Assembly (NCBI GenBank): GCA_043814985.1 | Contig: JBDRJK010000019.1 | Span: 64,001-128,000, forward strand | DNA from: Candidatus Aenigmatarchaeota archaeon | GTDB taxonomy: Archaea > Aenigmatarchaeota > Aenigmatarchaeia > Aenigmatarchaeales > Aenigmatarchaeaceae | Reading direction: 5' to 3' | DNA: 64,000 nt | Shown: positions 28,195 through 37,716 of the stretch, in pieces | Numbering within the stretch: the stretch's first letter is position 1 | How the letters are laid out: each line of letters begins with the position of its first letter | Translations under genes and position numbers: made by a program | The notes under the pieces: model-generated | What the model was told of the DNA's origin: nothing | What the model saw: only the letters and a program-made list of their open reading frames with translations | The model's database searches: none

Positions 28195-28742
28195 GTATGG
28201 ATAAAACACAAAATGAAATAATCAAGACTGCTGCAGAAATTATTAGGAAAGGTCAAATAGTCGTGTATCCGACAGACACTGTCTATGGTATTGGTGGTGA
28301 TGCTACTTCTGAGGAGGTTGTTAGGAAAGTATACGAAATAAAGAGGAGACCTATGAATATGCCGATTTCAGTTCTTGTTTCAGACTTTGAAATGCTTGAG
28401 AAATATGCTGAAATAAACGAAGAGCAAATGGCTATCTTAAAGAAATTTTTACCAGGACCCTTCACCTTCATTCTAAAGCCAAAAATAAGGCTTTTTGTTT
28501 CTCGGGGTACAGTTGGGTTCAGAATACCAAATCACTGGTGCACCCTGATAGTTAAGGAATTTGGAAAGCCAATAACAACCACATCAGCCAACATACACCA
28601 ACAGACTACTCCTGATAACATAGAAAAAATAAGAGATAATTTTAAGGAATCTGTTTCTCTATACATAGATGAAGGAACTCTAGAAGGAAAGCCTTCAAAG
28701 GTTGTAGACTTGATAGATAGATTAAAAGTGATTAGAGAATGA
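28191..28742 (+). CDS. tsaC: L-threonylcarbamoyladenylate synthase (TsaC/Sua5 YrdC domain)
   Basis: VVYPTDTVYGIG, KRR, PGPFT, TTTSAN. Confidence 0.93.
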   Translation: MSMDKTQNEIIKTAAEIIRKGQIVVYPTDTVYGIGGDATSEEVVRKVYEIKRRPMNMPISVLVSDFEMLEKYAEINEEQMAILKKFLPGPFTFILKPKIRLFVSRGTVGFRIPNHWCTLIVKEFGKPITTTSANIHQQTTPDNIEKIRDNFKESVSLYIDEGTLEGKPSKVVDLIDRLKVIRE

Positions 28743-28900
28743 AATACAAAAGGTTCAAACAATTCAAGGACCAGAGAAGGAAGATAGCAGAAGAGAGGAT
28801 AGAAATACTTGAAGGCATGGTAAAGAAGAAGCCTGAGTTCGAAAAGAGGTATAAAGAACTAATAAAAAGGATAGCTAAGAAATATAGATTAAACATTTAA
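28739..28900 (+). CDS. 53-aa Rpp21 (RNase P protein 4)-like protein, N-terminal helices only (not in ORF track)
   Basis: KIAEERIEIL...PEFEKRYKELIKRIAKKYRLNI* resembles the Rpp21 N-terminus; occupies the usual rnp4 position just upstream of rps19e. Confidence 0.6.
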   Translation: MKYKRFKQFKDQRRKIAEERIEILEGMVKKKPEFEKRYKELIKRIAKKYRLNI

Positions 28901-28924
28901 ATATTAAAGACGTAAAGTGAGTTT

Positions 28925-29329
28925 ATGAAACAAGTGCCACCACAGAAGATTGTAGAGAGAGTTTCAGAGAGACTGAAGAAGGACGAGAACATCAAGCCTC
29001 CACAGTGGTCTAAGTTCGTGAAGACAGGTATGTCAAGCGAAAGGCCCCCTATAAAAGAGGACTGGTGGTTTTCCAGGTCCGCAGCCATTCTGAGAAGGAT
29101 TTATGTTCATGGGCCTGTTGGCACGCAGAGACTTAGGACGTCTTTGGGAGGCAGGAGAAGAAGAGGACACAAGCCTGCTCACCGTGCCAGTGCTGGAGGA
29201 AAGATAATAAGGACAATTCTTCAGCAGTTGGAAAAGGCTGGTTATGTTAAAATAGTTGAGAATCCAAAAAAGGGAAGAGTAATAACGCCCAAGGGCCAGA
29301 AACTTTTGGAAAAGGCTGCAGGTGGATAA
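28925..29329 (+). CDS. rps19e: 30S ribosomal protein S19e
   Basis: PPQWSKFVKTG...ERPP...DWWFSRSAAILRRIY..GPVG...ILQQLE. Confidence 0.97.
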   Translation: MKQVPPQKIVERVSERLKKDENIKPPQWSKFVKTGMSSERPPIKEDWWFSRSAAILRRIYVHGPVGTQRLRTSLGGRRRRGHKPAHRASAGGKIIRTILQQLEKAGYVKIVENPKKGRVITPKGQKLLEKAAGG

Positions 29330-29330
29330 G

Positions 29331-29585
29331 ATGAAGAGCGATGATGTCAAGCAGTTCGAGGATTTGAAGAACCAGACTCTCAGGAAGGTCCTGTCCAAAA
29401 ACGCCCTTGAAAGGCTTGGTAGAGTTAAGCTGGCAAACCCTGTGCTTGCGACCCAGTTGGAGATGTACTTGCTTCAGGCTTTCCAGACTGGCCAGTTGAA
29501 GGGAAACGTTGATGATAAAAAGCTGAAACAGATTCTCAATATCCTAGTTCCAAAAAAGAGGAAGACGAGTATCAAGAGAAAGTGA
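29331..29585 (+). CDS. PDCD5-like dsDNA-binding protein
   Basis: LRKVLSKNALERLGRVKLANP...DDKKLKQIL; conserved position after rps19e. Confidence 0.88.
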   Translation: MKSDDVKQFEDLKNQTLRKVLSKNALERLGRVKLANPVLATQLEMYLLQAFQTGQLKGNVDDKKLKQILNILVPKKRKTSIKRK

Positions 29586-29589
29586 TTAT

Positions 29590-29757
29590 ATGCCCAAGGC
29601 AAACCCATTAGCAAAAAAACTGAGACTGATAGCCGCTGGCAAGAAGAAGCCAGCTCCTAGATGGGCTGATCTGAAAAAGCATGGGAAGAGAGCTAGGACC
29701 AGAAGAATTGCTGTTCATGTTACAAAGCACTGGAGAAGAGGAAGACTAAAGAAATAA
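29590..29757 (+). CDS. rpl39e: 50S ribosomal protein L39e (not in ORF track)
   Basis: MPKANPLAKKLRL...PAPRWA...KHWRRGRLKK*. Confidence 0.88.
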   Translation: MPKANPLAKKLRLIAAGKKKPAPRWADLKKHGKRARTRRIAVHVTKHWRRGRLKK

Positions 29758-29768
29758 TACTCTGACTA

Positions 29769-30452
29769 TTATTTTATATTCATTCCAAGCAATTTTAAAA
29801 CATTTCTTACAAGAGGATGATTCATTATCCTGTCCAGACCATCCAGTTTTTCTATTGTGGCCAATATACCCAGAGTGTAGAGACCGTATAACAGTGGTAT
29901 GAGAAGGGAAAACCCATTGGGATAACCGTAGCTACCGCTTCCAATAACTGTTATTTCAACTATAATATCAACAACAGCGATAACCATGGCCAATATCAGG
30001 GCACTCTCCCTGTTTTTCTTTGGAATGTTCGCTATGCCCCACAAGCCTACCACTATTGCCAGTGGCATCATGTCAGGTAGTGGCTCCAGATAGAGGTCCC
30101 TGATATAAAGTACGAGCGCAGAGAAAATCAGAGCATAGAAAATGGCGTTTGCCCCTATTAGGAATTTTACTTTTTTAAAATTCAGGAATAAGAACCTGAC
30201 AATGACTCCAAGTGAGAAAAATAAAAACACCAACTCTACGGGTACCAGCCCAAAGACAAAGAAGAGGGATTCATTGTATGTCCAGTGTCCGTTCAGCGTG
30301 CCAAAGTATTCAAAAATGAAATCTGCAAGTGCTACAATAAGGCCTATTCTCCAGTACTTTTCAATTTCCTTTAATTCCTTCCTCTTGAGAATTATAATCA
30401 GCACCGAGAGTGCTGTTGCGAAAAGCGATAGTAATGTCAAGTAGCCTAGCAT
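29769..30452 (-). CDS. multi-pass membrane protein with two internal repeats
   Basis: ~8 TM segments; repeated D-x-x-x-E...G.W/Y.Y pattern. Confidence 0.65.
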   Translation of the reverse strand: MLGYLTLLSLFATALSVLIIILKRKELKEIEKYWRIGLIVALADFIFEYFGTLNGHWTYNESLFFVFGLVPVELVFLFFSLGVIVRFLFLNFKKVKFLIGANAIFYALIFSALVLYIRDLYLEPLPDMMPLAIVVGLWGIANIPKKNRESALILAMVIAVVDIIVEITVIGSGSYGYPNGFSLLIPLLYGLYTLGILATIEKLDGLDRIMNHPLVRNVLKLLGMNIK

Positions 30453-30507
30453 GGTCGATACCTTATTACTCAATGATGTTTTTTCTACCTCAAATATCTT
30501 TCACTCT

Positions 30508-31353
30508 CTATGTTAATAGTTTCAATTCTTCCATTCTCTTCTTAGCATCTATCGAGCTTCTGAAAAGGTGCCAAAATATCTTTTGCAACCATTCAACCCA
30601 TTGCTCATCATAAATATAGTAAAGAATGTACATCTTTTCTTTCATCTCGTCCTTTGAGTAGTCCTTGGGATCCAATGATTCCCTTAGGATAGCTACCTTG
30701 TTGTCTATTATGTTGCCTCTTATGGGATGGAAGCAGTGTCTTACCTCAACAACATCTCTTCCTGTCTTCTGGTTTATTGAGAGAACATTCTGTATATTGT
30801 CTATGCCTGCCAATTCCACCCTGTTCAAGAACTTCAGTGAAATTTTATCTTTGCCCATAACCTCCAAAACATTAAAGATTCTCTTCTTTTGGTCTGTTAG
30901 GTTGACAAATGATAGATTCCCTGATAAAAATAATATTTGCTTCTCTGCTTGCCTGAGCTCGTTCACAAATTCTTTGAAATGCGAGGATGAACTATATTCT
31001 TTTTTATTGATCATCTTCATTTCTTTCTTGTCATTGTCAATGAACTGGAATATTTCTGAAGGGCTGAAGTCTTTGTGGTACCTGCCAAAAATTATTTGTT
31101 TGAAAAGTCTTTCTTGAATATTAGATGCATGGAATTTCTCCATATTATTCCAGAAAACAACCTTTAGCGAGCCTCTGGTACCTCCCCTGAAGACCCTTGA
31201 GGAGATGGTTCCCTGTTCCTTTTCTATTTTTTCCACATAATTGTTGGCTGTTCTCCAGTTAATATTAATGTACTTCGCTATCTCATTGATGCTTCTAGGC
31301 TTCTGATAGACGAATTCATTGATTTTCTTTGTTATTTCCTTGGTTAGAACCAT
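30508..31353 (-). CDS. HTH transcriptional regulator with C-terminal TrmB/PLD-like domain
   Basis: KPRSINEIAKYININWRTANNYVEKI helix-turn-helix; C-terminal IIDNK...IYD...L..IF..LF. Confidence 0.6.
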   Translation of the reverse strand: MVLTKEITKKINEFVYQKPRSINEIAKYININWRTANNYVEKIEKEQGTISSRVFRGGTRGSLKVVFWNNMEKFHASNIQERLFKQIIFGRYHKDFSPSEIFQFIDNDKKEMKMINKKEYSSSSHFKEFVNELRQAEKQILFLSGNLSFVNLTDQKKRIFNVLEVMGKDKISLKFLNRVELAGIDNIQNVLSINQKTGRDVVEVRHCFHPIRGNIIDNKVAILRESLDPKDYSKDEMKEKMYILYYIYDEQWVEWLQKIFWHLFRSSIDAKKRMEELKLLT

Positions 31354-31361
31354 GCTAATAA

Positions 31362-31416
31362 TATACAACTATGTGTATAAAAAAGTGTATGTAATATACA
31401 TATTTTGTACAACTAT
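31362..31416. promoter_or_regulatory. clustered TATACA/TGTATA inverted and TACAACTAT direct repeats, probable operator
   Basis: TATACA-N6-TGTATA (31362-31379), TGTAT-N5-ATACA (31386-31400), TACAACTAT twice (31364, 31408), between divergent genes. Confidence 0.45.
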
Positions 31417-31427
31417 AAACTAATTAT

Positions 31428-31727
31428 ATGAAAAGAAATGTGAATTGGAAAAAATTCAAGAAACTGCTTGATAAGAATGAAGCAGGGTATGGTGCCATCA
31501 AGTATAGAGAAACCGTTGATAAACTACTCGAGGACGAAATATTCAGCTTTAAGCCAGAAGGCAATTACCAGATAGTGGGGTGTAACGTGGTTCTTAATCC
31601 CCACTCACATATATTGACTCTCTATTTCACAAGAAAGTCTGACGCTGTCAAATATGCAAATAAAAATTATGGCAATGCTTTATACGAGGTAATGGTTGAC
31701 AAGATAGAAACTCTTGTTCGGAGTTGA
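31428..31727 (+). CDS. hypothetical protein
   Basis: 99-aa ORF divergent from the regulator. Confidence 0.55.
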   Translation: MKRNVNWKKFKKLLDKNEAGYGAIKYRETVDKLLEDEIFSFKPEGNYQIVGCNVVLNPHSHILTLYFTRKSDAVKYANKNYGNALYEVMVDKIETLVRS

Positions 31728-31731
31728 TTAA

Positions 31732-32042
31732 ATGTCTATGCATCCTGATATAATTAAACTGACACATGAATTGTTTCCTGTAATAGCTGAATTTATAATC
31801 CAAAAAGAAAAGGAAAAGGAAAGGAAGGGGTTTCAGAGCCGCAAATACATCAATACTTTCATAAGTTGAGCCAGGAGGGAGGTGTAGATGGTTTGACATT
31901 CAGATATGAGACATTGGAAAGGCCATGGAGTACACAATTAGAACAAGTCATAACAAACAATACTAGAAGTGGACGAATCGAACAAATTGGGAACTCTTTA
32001 AACCTCACCGTATACGGCAGAAGTTTAATGGACAAAAAATAG
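31732..32042 (+). pseudogene. possible frameshifted winged-helix protein remnant
   Basis: MSMHPDII...KYINTF continues in another frame as HKLSQEGG...RPWSTQLEQVI...GRIEQIGNSLNLTVYGRSLMDKK*. Confidence 0.35.
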
Positions 32043-32142
32043 AAATTTAGTCAAGTTCTTTAGACCAAATGGAAGAGCCCCTAGAAGAGATTCATTATCA
32101 GTAATATTAAACCTTTAAATATTTCTCCTTCATTTTATTGTT

Positions 32143-32616
32143 ATGGCTGAAGAGAAAATATTCACAATTCCCTTGAGAGATATATTTTCAAAGGAAAGAG
32201 TCAGAAGGGCTCAAAACGCATCTAGGCTAGTTAGGAAATTCTTGATCAAGCACATGAAGTCTGAGAACGTTAAAGTAGGGAACTCTATTAATGAGAACAT
32301 TTGGAAAAGGGGAATGCAGAAGCCTCCAAGAAAGGTCAGGATTCATGCTGTCAAAGAGGAAGATATTGTTTATGCTGAATTATTGGGTGTCGAGATAAAG
32401 ACACCTTCCAAAGAAGAGTTGAAGAAGAAGGACGAGAAGAAGAAGCAAAAGAAGGAAAAGATAAAGGAAGAGAGGAAGGAGAGGAAGAAGATGTCAATAC
32501 AAGAGGAAATAGCCGAGGAAGTTAAAGGAAAGCCAAAGGAAATACCAGAAATCAAAGAAGAGGTTCCGAAAGAAGAACCAAAAAAGGAAGAACCTAAGAA
32601 AGAAGACAAGAAATAG
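32143..32616 (+). CDS. rpl31e: 50S ribosomal protein L31e with charged C-terminal extension
   Basis: EKIFTIPLR...RRA...FLIKHMK...NENIWKRGMQKPPRKVRI. Confidence 0.95.
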   Translation: MAEEKIFTIPLRDIFSKERVRRAQNASRLVRKFLIKHMKSENVKVGNSINENIWKRGMQKPPRKVRIHAVKEEDIVYAELLGVEIKTPSKEELKKKDEKKKQKKEKIKEERKERKKMSIQEEIAEEVKGKPKEIPEIKEEVPKEEPKKEEPKKEDKK

Positions 32617-32646
32617 TTTAAATACTTCTGTTTCTAATTTCAAGAC

Positions 32647-33315
32647 ATGCCTTTCAAATTTTCAAAGATAGAATTTAACGGGGACCCAAACATAGGTCTG
32701 TACGGCTTTGCCACGAATGATTATTGTGTTCTGGGAATCGATCCGCGGAAAAAAATTCTTGAGCAGATAAAGAAAACTTTAAAGGCTGACATCAAGGTAT
32801 CAACAATAACCGGGACACAGCTAATAGGTCTTTTTGCCTCGGGAAATTCTAACGGGATAGTCCTGACAAAGATAATTGAAAATTATGAATTGAACAAGCT
32901 GAAGAAGCTGTTTGGTATAAACTTGGAAGTCATAAAGCCAAGGGAAACCGCCTTAGGGAATCTTATACTTTGCAATGACAATGGTTGTATAATATCCAAG
33001 AGTCTTTTCAAATACAAGAAGGCCATATCTGATGCTCTAGGATGCGAGGTTGTTGTTGGGAAGGTTGCGAATGTTGACATAGTCGGTTCAGTAGCAATCG
33101 CATCCAATGTAGGTTGTCTATGCCACAGGGAGGCAACAAAGCAGGAAATGGAGAAGATTGAAAAACTCTTAAAGGTTAAAGTTGATGTAGGAACTGTGGG
33201 CTATGGCAGTCCTTTTATAAAATCAGGATTAATTGTTAATAGTAAGGGAGCCCTATATTCAGAAGGAACAACAGGAGCTGAATTAGGAAGGATATCAGAA
33301 GTATTTGGTGAGTGA
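32647..33315 (+). CDS. eif6: translation initiation factor aIF6
   Basis: GDPNIGLY, ALGNLILCND, VGS, GTVGYGSPFIKSG, TTGAEL. Confidence 0.95.
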   Translation: MPFKFSKIEFNGDPNIGLYGFATNDYCVLGIDPRKKILEQIKKTLKADIKVSTITGTQLIGLFASGNSNGIVLTKIIENYELNKLKKLFGINLEVIKPRETALGNLILCNDNGCIISKSLFKYKKAISDALGCEVVVGKVANVDIVGSVAIASNVGCLCHREATKQEMEKIEKLLKVKVDVGTVGYGSPFIKSGLIVNSKGALYSEGTTGAELGRISEVFGE

Positions 33316-33316
33316 A

Positions 33317-33724
33317 ATGACAAAAAAGCAAGAAGATATACAGAAGAAGGCAGTGCAATTCCAGATTTTGGAATCTAATTTGAAAATGCTTCAGGAAAGA
33401 GCAGGGGAAATCAACCAGAGGTTGAACGAATTCCTGCAGACCAAGTCAGCAATAGAGGAGCTGAAGACAACCAAGCCAGAAAAAGCCATGATACCCTTGG
33501 GAAGCGGGAACTTTATTTTCGGTACTGTTGAAAACAGCGATGACATAATTGTCGGCGTTGGAAGCGGTATTGCAGTAAAGAAAAAGAGGGAAGAGGCCTT
33601 GAAAATTCTTGATGCCAAGATAACAGAATCGCAGAATGCAATGAACGATATCACAAAAAAATCCCAGGGTTTGATACAGAGCTTGGAAAGAATACAGCTT
33701 GAGATACAAGAGTTGCAGAGGTGA
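33317..33724 (+). CDS. pfdA: prefoldin subunit alpha
   Basis: Coiled coils flanking MIPLGSGNF...IIVGVGSGIAVKK. Confidence 0.93.
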   Translation: MTKKQEDIQKKAVQFQILESNLKMLQERAGEINQRLNEFLQTKSAIEELKTTKPEKAMIPLGSGNFIFGTVENSDDIIVGVGSGIAVKKKREEALKILDAKITESQNAMNDITKKSQGLIQSLERIQLEIQELQR

Positions 33725-33728
33725 TAGC

Positions 33729-35300
33729 ATGTTCGGTTTTCTAAAAAAGAAGTTGAAAGAAGGAATAGATAAAATTTCTAAGAAAGTAAAGAAAAGGGAA
33801 GAGGAGATAATAGAGGAAGCTGTTGAGGAAATAAAAAAAGAGGAACAGATAGAAGAACCTAAAGAGGAATTGGTAAAGGAAGTCGAGGAAGAATTGGAGG
33901 AAGTTGTAGAAGAAGAGCCAGAAGTTGTTGAAGAACCTAAAGTTGAGGAAATCAAACCTGAAATTGAAGAAGTAGTTGAAGAAATCAAAGAAGAGATACC
34001 TGAAGTTATTGAAGAACCTGAGATTGAGAAAGAAACAATAGAAGAGGAAACCACTGTTGAGCCTGAGGTTAAAGAACCCACTGTTCTTGAAGAAGTTAAA
34101 GAAGAATTAAAGAAAGAGGAAATCAAACCGGAGATAGAGGAAGCCAAACCTGAAGTCAAAATAAAGGAAAAGCCTAAAAAGGAGAAGGGTTTTCTTGAGA
34201 AATTTAAGGAAAAGGTATCACATGTTGTTAAAGAAGAACCAGTTGAGCCTGAAATAAAGGAAGAACCCGAAAAGGAAATCAAGCCGGAAGTGAAGGAAGA
34301 GATTAAGCCTGAAATCAAAATAAAGAAAAAACCTAAAAAGAAAGTAAAGGAAATTCCAAAGGAAAAGCATGTCATTGAAAAACCGACGGAAGTAAAGCCT
34401 GTTGAAGAACTGAAAGAGGAAAAGAAGGCAGGCATTCTCAAGAGAATAAGGAGAAAGGTTACTGAGAAGAAGATAAGCGAGGAAGATGTAAAGGAAATGC
34501 TTGAGGACTTCAGGAAGGGTTTGATTGAGTCTGATGTTGCTGTTGATGTTTCTGAAAAAATTGTAAATGATTTGAAGGGAAATCTTGTGGGCAAGTTCCT
34601 AAAGAGAAGCGAAGTCGAAAAAATTATCAAGGAATCTTTCAGGAAATCTATTTTAGAGGTTTTGGATGTTGATGGCATTGACCTGATAGAAAAAGTGAAA
34701 TCCAAAAAGCCGTTTATAATTATTTTCCTTGGTTTCAATGGTTCTGGCAAGACAACAACCATTGCAAGGATAGGTCACTTGTTAAAACAGAAGGGTTTCA
34801 CTTGTGTCCTTGCTGCTGCGGACTCTTGGAGGGCAGCTGCCATTGAGCAACTGGAGGTTCATGGCAAGAATCTCGGCCTCACTGTTATCAAGCACAAGTA
34901 CGGTGCAGACCCGGCTGCTGTTATTTTTGATGCAGTCAAGCACGCAAAGGCCAAGGACATTGATGTTGTCCTTGCTGACACTGCTGGCAGGAGCCATGCC
35001 AATACCAATCTTGTTGACGAGTTGAAGAAAATAGTAAGAGTGAATAAGCCTGACATGAAGGTTCTTGTTCTGGACGCATTGACAGGAAACGACATCTACG
35101 ACCAGTGCAAAATTTTCAATGATGCTGTTGGTGTTGATGCCTTGGTTATAACAAAGGCAGACGTTTACGAGAAAGGCGGTGCAGCACTTTCAGCTTCCCA
35201 CACCATAAACAAGCCAATATTATATCTCGGAGTGGGTCAGAACTACGAGGACCTGGAGAAGTTTGACCCGGAAAAGATTGTAGAGAAACTTTTAGAGTAA
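33729..35300 (+). CDS. ftsY: SRP receptor FtsY with long Glu/Lys/Pro-rich N-terminal region
   Basis: MFGFLKKKLK, ESDV, GFNGSGKTTT, DSWRAAAIEQL, DTAGR, TKAD, GVGQNYEDL. Confidence 0.96.
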   Translation: MFGFLKKKLKEGIDKISKKVKKREEEIIEEAVEEIKKEEQIEEPKEELVKEVEEELEEVVEEEPEVVEEPKVEEIKPEIEEVVEEIKEEIPEVIEEPEIEKETIEEETTVEPEVKEPTVLEEVKEELKKEEIKPEIEEAKPEVKIKEKPKKEKGFLEKFKEKVSHVVKEEPVEPEIKEEPEKEIKPEVKEEIKPEIKIKKKPKKKVKEIPKEKHVIEKPTEVKPVEELKEEKKAGILKRIRRKVTEKKISEEDVKEMLEDFRKGLIESDVAVDVSEKIVNDLKGNLVGKFLKRSEVEKIIKESFRKSILEVLDVDGIDLIEKVKSKKPFIIIFLGFNGSGKTTTIARIGHLLKQKGFTCVLAAADSWRAAAIEQLEVHGKNLGLTVIKHKYGADPAAVIFDAVKHAKAKDIDVVLADTAGRSHANTNLVDELKKIVRVNKPDMKVLVLDALTGNDIYDQCKIFNDAVGVDALVITKADVYEKGGAALSASHTINKPILYLGVGQNYEDLEKFDPEKIVEKLLE

Positions 35301-35777
35301 TTATCTTGGTATTATAATTCCACTCAAATCCTCATAATTTCCTTCTAGATAGGCTTTTGCGGTTAAAGCGCACAGTAAAGCATCATACTCGTCCTTGTTC
35401 TTTCTAGGTTCCTTGCTTAATCCAAGAACCTTTTCTGATGCTTTAGAGAATACTTCTATCACCCTGTATTTTCTTTCAATCAGAATCTTGACAAGCTTGA
35501 TTGCCCTTATCACAAGTATCCTCATTGTTGGAAATAGAGGCGAAACAGGTTGGAATCCCCGCTTCATTAGTTTTTCGTCAGCAGGCCTCCATGCTCCGGA
35601 TTTGGGCATCCAGAAGGGAGCATCTATTGCTATGCAATCTGGCTTGATTAAGTCAATCTCATTGATGATATCAAGATCGCTGTAGAGTAATTTCGTCTCT
35701 GAGCCCTTCTCTGTTAATAGACAAAAACCAGTAGGGTTTTTAGACATTCCTGCAAGGTCTAGACCCACTACTTTCAT
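35301..35777 (-). CDS. DUF429 (RNase H-like) protein
   Basis: VVGLDLAG...TG...IAIDAP...IEVF...DALLCAL. Confidence 0.85.
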   Translation of the reverse strand: MKVVGLDLAGMSKNPTGFCLLTEKGSETKLLYSDLDIINEIDLIKPDCIAIDAPFWMPKSGAWRPADEKLMKRGFQPVSPLFPTMRILVIRAIKLVKILIERKYRVIEVFSKASEKVLGLSKEPRKNKDEYDALLCALTAKAYLEGNYEDLSGIIIPR

Positions 35778-35815
35778 ATTAATATTTAAGAACATCAAAA
35801 ATTAAACTGTTAGGT

Positions 35816-37138
35816 ATGCTTGAAAAACTAAGCCAAGGATTAAAGAACGCCATAGACAGGATAACCAAGTCAGGATATGTAAACAAGGAGCTTGTCGATG
35901 ATTTGGCCAAAGACATCAATAAGACTCTCTTGGCAGGAGACGTCAATGTAAAACTTGCGGATTCTTTGACTAAAAGGATAAAAGACAGATCATTGAACGA
36001 GAAGCCACCAAAAGGTTTGACAGCAAAGGAGCACTTGGTAAAGATTGTTTATGATGAGCTGGTTAAATTCGTTGGTGATAAGCCGGAAATAATGATGAAG
36101 CCTGGCAAGATAATGTTTGTCGGTCTTTTCGCTGCTGGAAAAACAACATCAATAGGAAAGCTTGCCAACTTCTACAGGAAAAAAGGACTTAGACCAGCAT
36201 TGATTGGTTGTGACATCCACAGGCCAGCTGCTATGGACCAGTTGTCACAGTTGGCTGAACAAAACCATGTTCCTGTTTATGCTCCCAAGGATGTGAAGGA
36301 CCCTGTTGAGATTGCAAAAACAGGCCTTCAGAAATTCAAGAAATATGATATCATAATTATTGATGCTTCAGGTAGAAGCTCTTTGGATAATGAGTTGGCT
36401 GATGAGTTGAAGAAGCTGGGAGATTTTATAAAGCCTGACGAAGTCCTGTTGACAATACCAGCAGACTTGGGACAGGCAGCAGGGGAGCAGGCTGAAGGTT
36501 TCAAGAAACTGGTTGGAATAACAGGAATATTCCTTACAAAAATGGATGGAACAGCAAGAGGCGGCGGAGCTTTGACATCTTGTGCAATAACAGGGGCTCC
36601 GATAAAATTTATTGGAATAGGGGAGAAGCTGGATGCAATGGAAATTTTCGATCCTGAGAGGTTTGTCTCAAGGTTGATTGGTTTCGGTGACATGCAGGGC
36701 TTGTTGGAAAAGGCAAAGGAAGCAGAGTTCAAACCAGAAACAGCTGAAAAAATAATATCTGGCAAGTTCAGCATGGACGAGTTCTTTGAGCAGTTGCAGT
36801 CAATGCAGAAAATGGGTTCAATGAAATCTGTTCTTGGCTCTATTCCAGGAATGGCTTCAATGAAGATGCCAAAGGACATGGATGTTAATAAACAGGAGCA
36901 GAAAATGAAGAAGTGGGGCTTTATGATTCAGTCAATGTCAAAAAAAGAAAGGGCAGACCCGACAACAATTAATCCCTCTAGAGTGAAAAGAATCGCCAAG
37001 GGTTCTGGGACACAAGAATCCGAGGTCAGGGAATTATTGAAAACCTACCAGCAGATGAAGAAGATGATGAAGATGTTTTCAAGCAAGAGAGGAGTTATGG
37101 GAAAAATGATGAAGAGATTCAAAGGCTTCAAATTATGA
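35816..37138 (+). CDS. srp54: signal recognition particle protein Srp54
   Basis: GKTT, DIHRPAA, DASGR, TKMDGTARGGGAL, Met-rich M domain, SRVKRIAKGSG. Confidence 0.97.
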   Translation: MLEKLSQGLKNAIDRITKSGYVNKELVDDLAKDINKTLLAGDVNVKLADSLTKRIKDRSLNEKPPKGLTAKEHLVKIVYDELVKFVGDKPEIMMKPGKIMFVGLFAAGKTTSIGKLANFYRKKGLRPALIGCDIHRPAAMDQLSQLAEQNHVPVYAPKDVKDPVEIAKTGLQKFKKYDIIIIDASGRSSLDNELADELKKLGDFIKPDEVLLTIPADLGQAAGEQAEGFKKLVGITGIFLTKMDGTARGGGALTSCAITGAPIKFIGIGEKLDAMEIFDPERFVSRLIGFGDMQGLLEKAKEAEFKPETAEKIISGKFSMDEFFEQLQSMQKMGSMKSVLGSIPGMASMKMPKDMDVNKQEQKMKKWGFMIQSMSKKERADPTTINPSRVKRIAKGSGTQESEVRELLKTYQQMKKMMKMFSSKRGVMGKMMKRFKGFKL

Positions 37139-37716
37139 GGACCTTCATTCTTTACTCAAGAAAAGCCAGAACAGACAACAAATTCAGCATAGATGACCTG
37201 TTAGATTCTGGTGGGAGGATGGATGTTGTCTGCAGTTGTATAACTTCTGCTTTGTGGTTATCACACAAGTCACGGGATGACACCAACTTTATTCTGGTTA
37301 TGAACGGTCCGCCAAACCCTCCAGTATCAATCTGGTTTGACGGCTCAAAGTTATTGAAGGTCTATGTTGACGAGAAGACCAATGCGATGTGGATAAAGAA
37401 GCTCCTGTCATTCAAGTTCGATAAGGAATGGAAGGAAATCAGCGGGACCAAGATTTCCAGAAAAAGTTTTCAGGAAGTATTAAAGGAATTAAATGGAAAG
37501 GTTTATGTCTTGCATGAGAAGGGGACTCCCATCAAGGATGTGGAAATAGAGGAGAACCCCATCTTCGTGTGCGGTGACAACATCGGCATACCCCATGCTG
37601 AGGAGAAGTTTTTGATTAACAGAGGAGCGGAAAAAGTTTCGTTGGGCAAGAAGGTTTATCTTGCTACATCATGCATATCAACTTTAAACTGGATATGCGA
37701 CCAAAGAGGTATTTGA
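37135..37716 (+). CDS. trmY: tRNA (pseudouridine54-N1)-methyltransferase
   Basis: GGRMDVVC, LWLSH, GPP, DE, LHEKG, GD..G, SLG; adjacent to pus10. Confidence 0.92.
   Translation: MRTFILYSRKARTDNKFSIDDLLDSGGRMDVVCSCITSALWLSHKSRDDTNFILVMNGPPNPPVSIWFDGSKLLKVYVDEKTNAMWIKKLLSFKFDKEWKEISGTKISRKSFQEVLKELNGKVYVLHEKGTPIKDVEIEENPIFVCGDNIGIPHAEEKFLINRGAEKVSLGKKVYLATSCISTLNWICDQRGI

Noticed and set aside
28751..28760. AGGTTCAAA as another tRNA-end repeat
   Set aside because: The match is only the T-loop-like core, lies within a coding frame and has no acceptor-stem sequence.
33446..34762. 438-aa minus-strand ORF
   Set aside because: Ser/Phe-rich antisense shadow of the low-complexity FtsY region.
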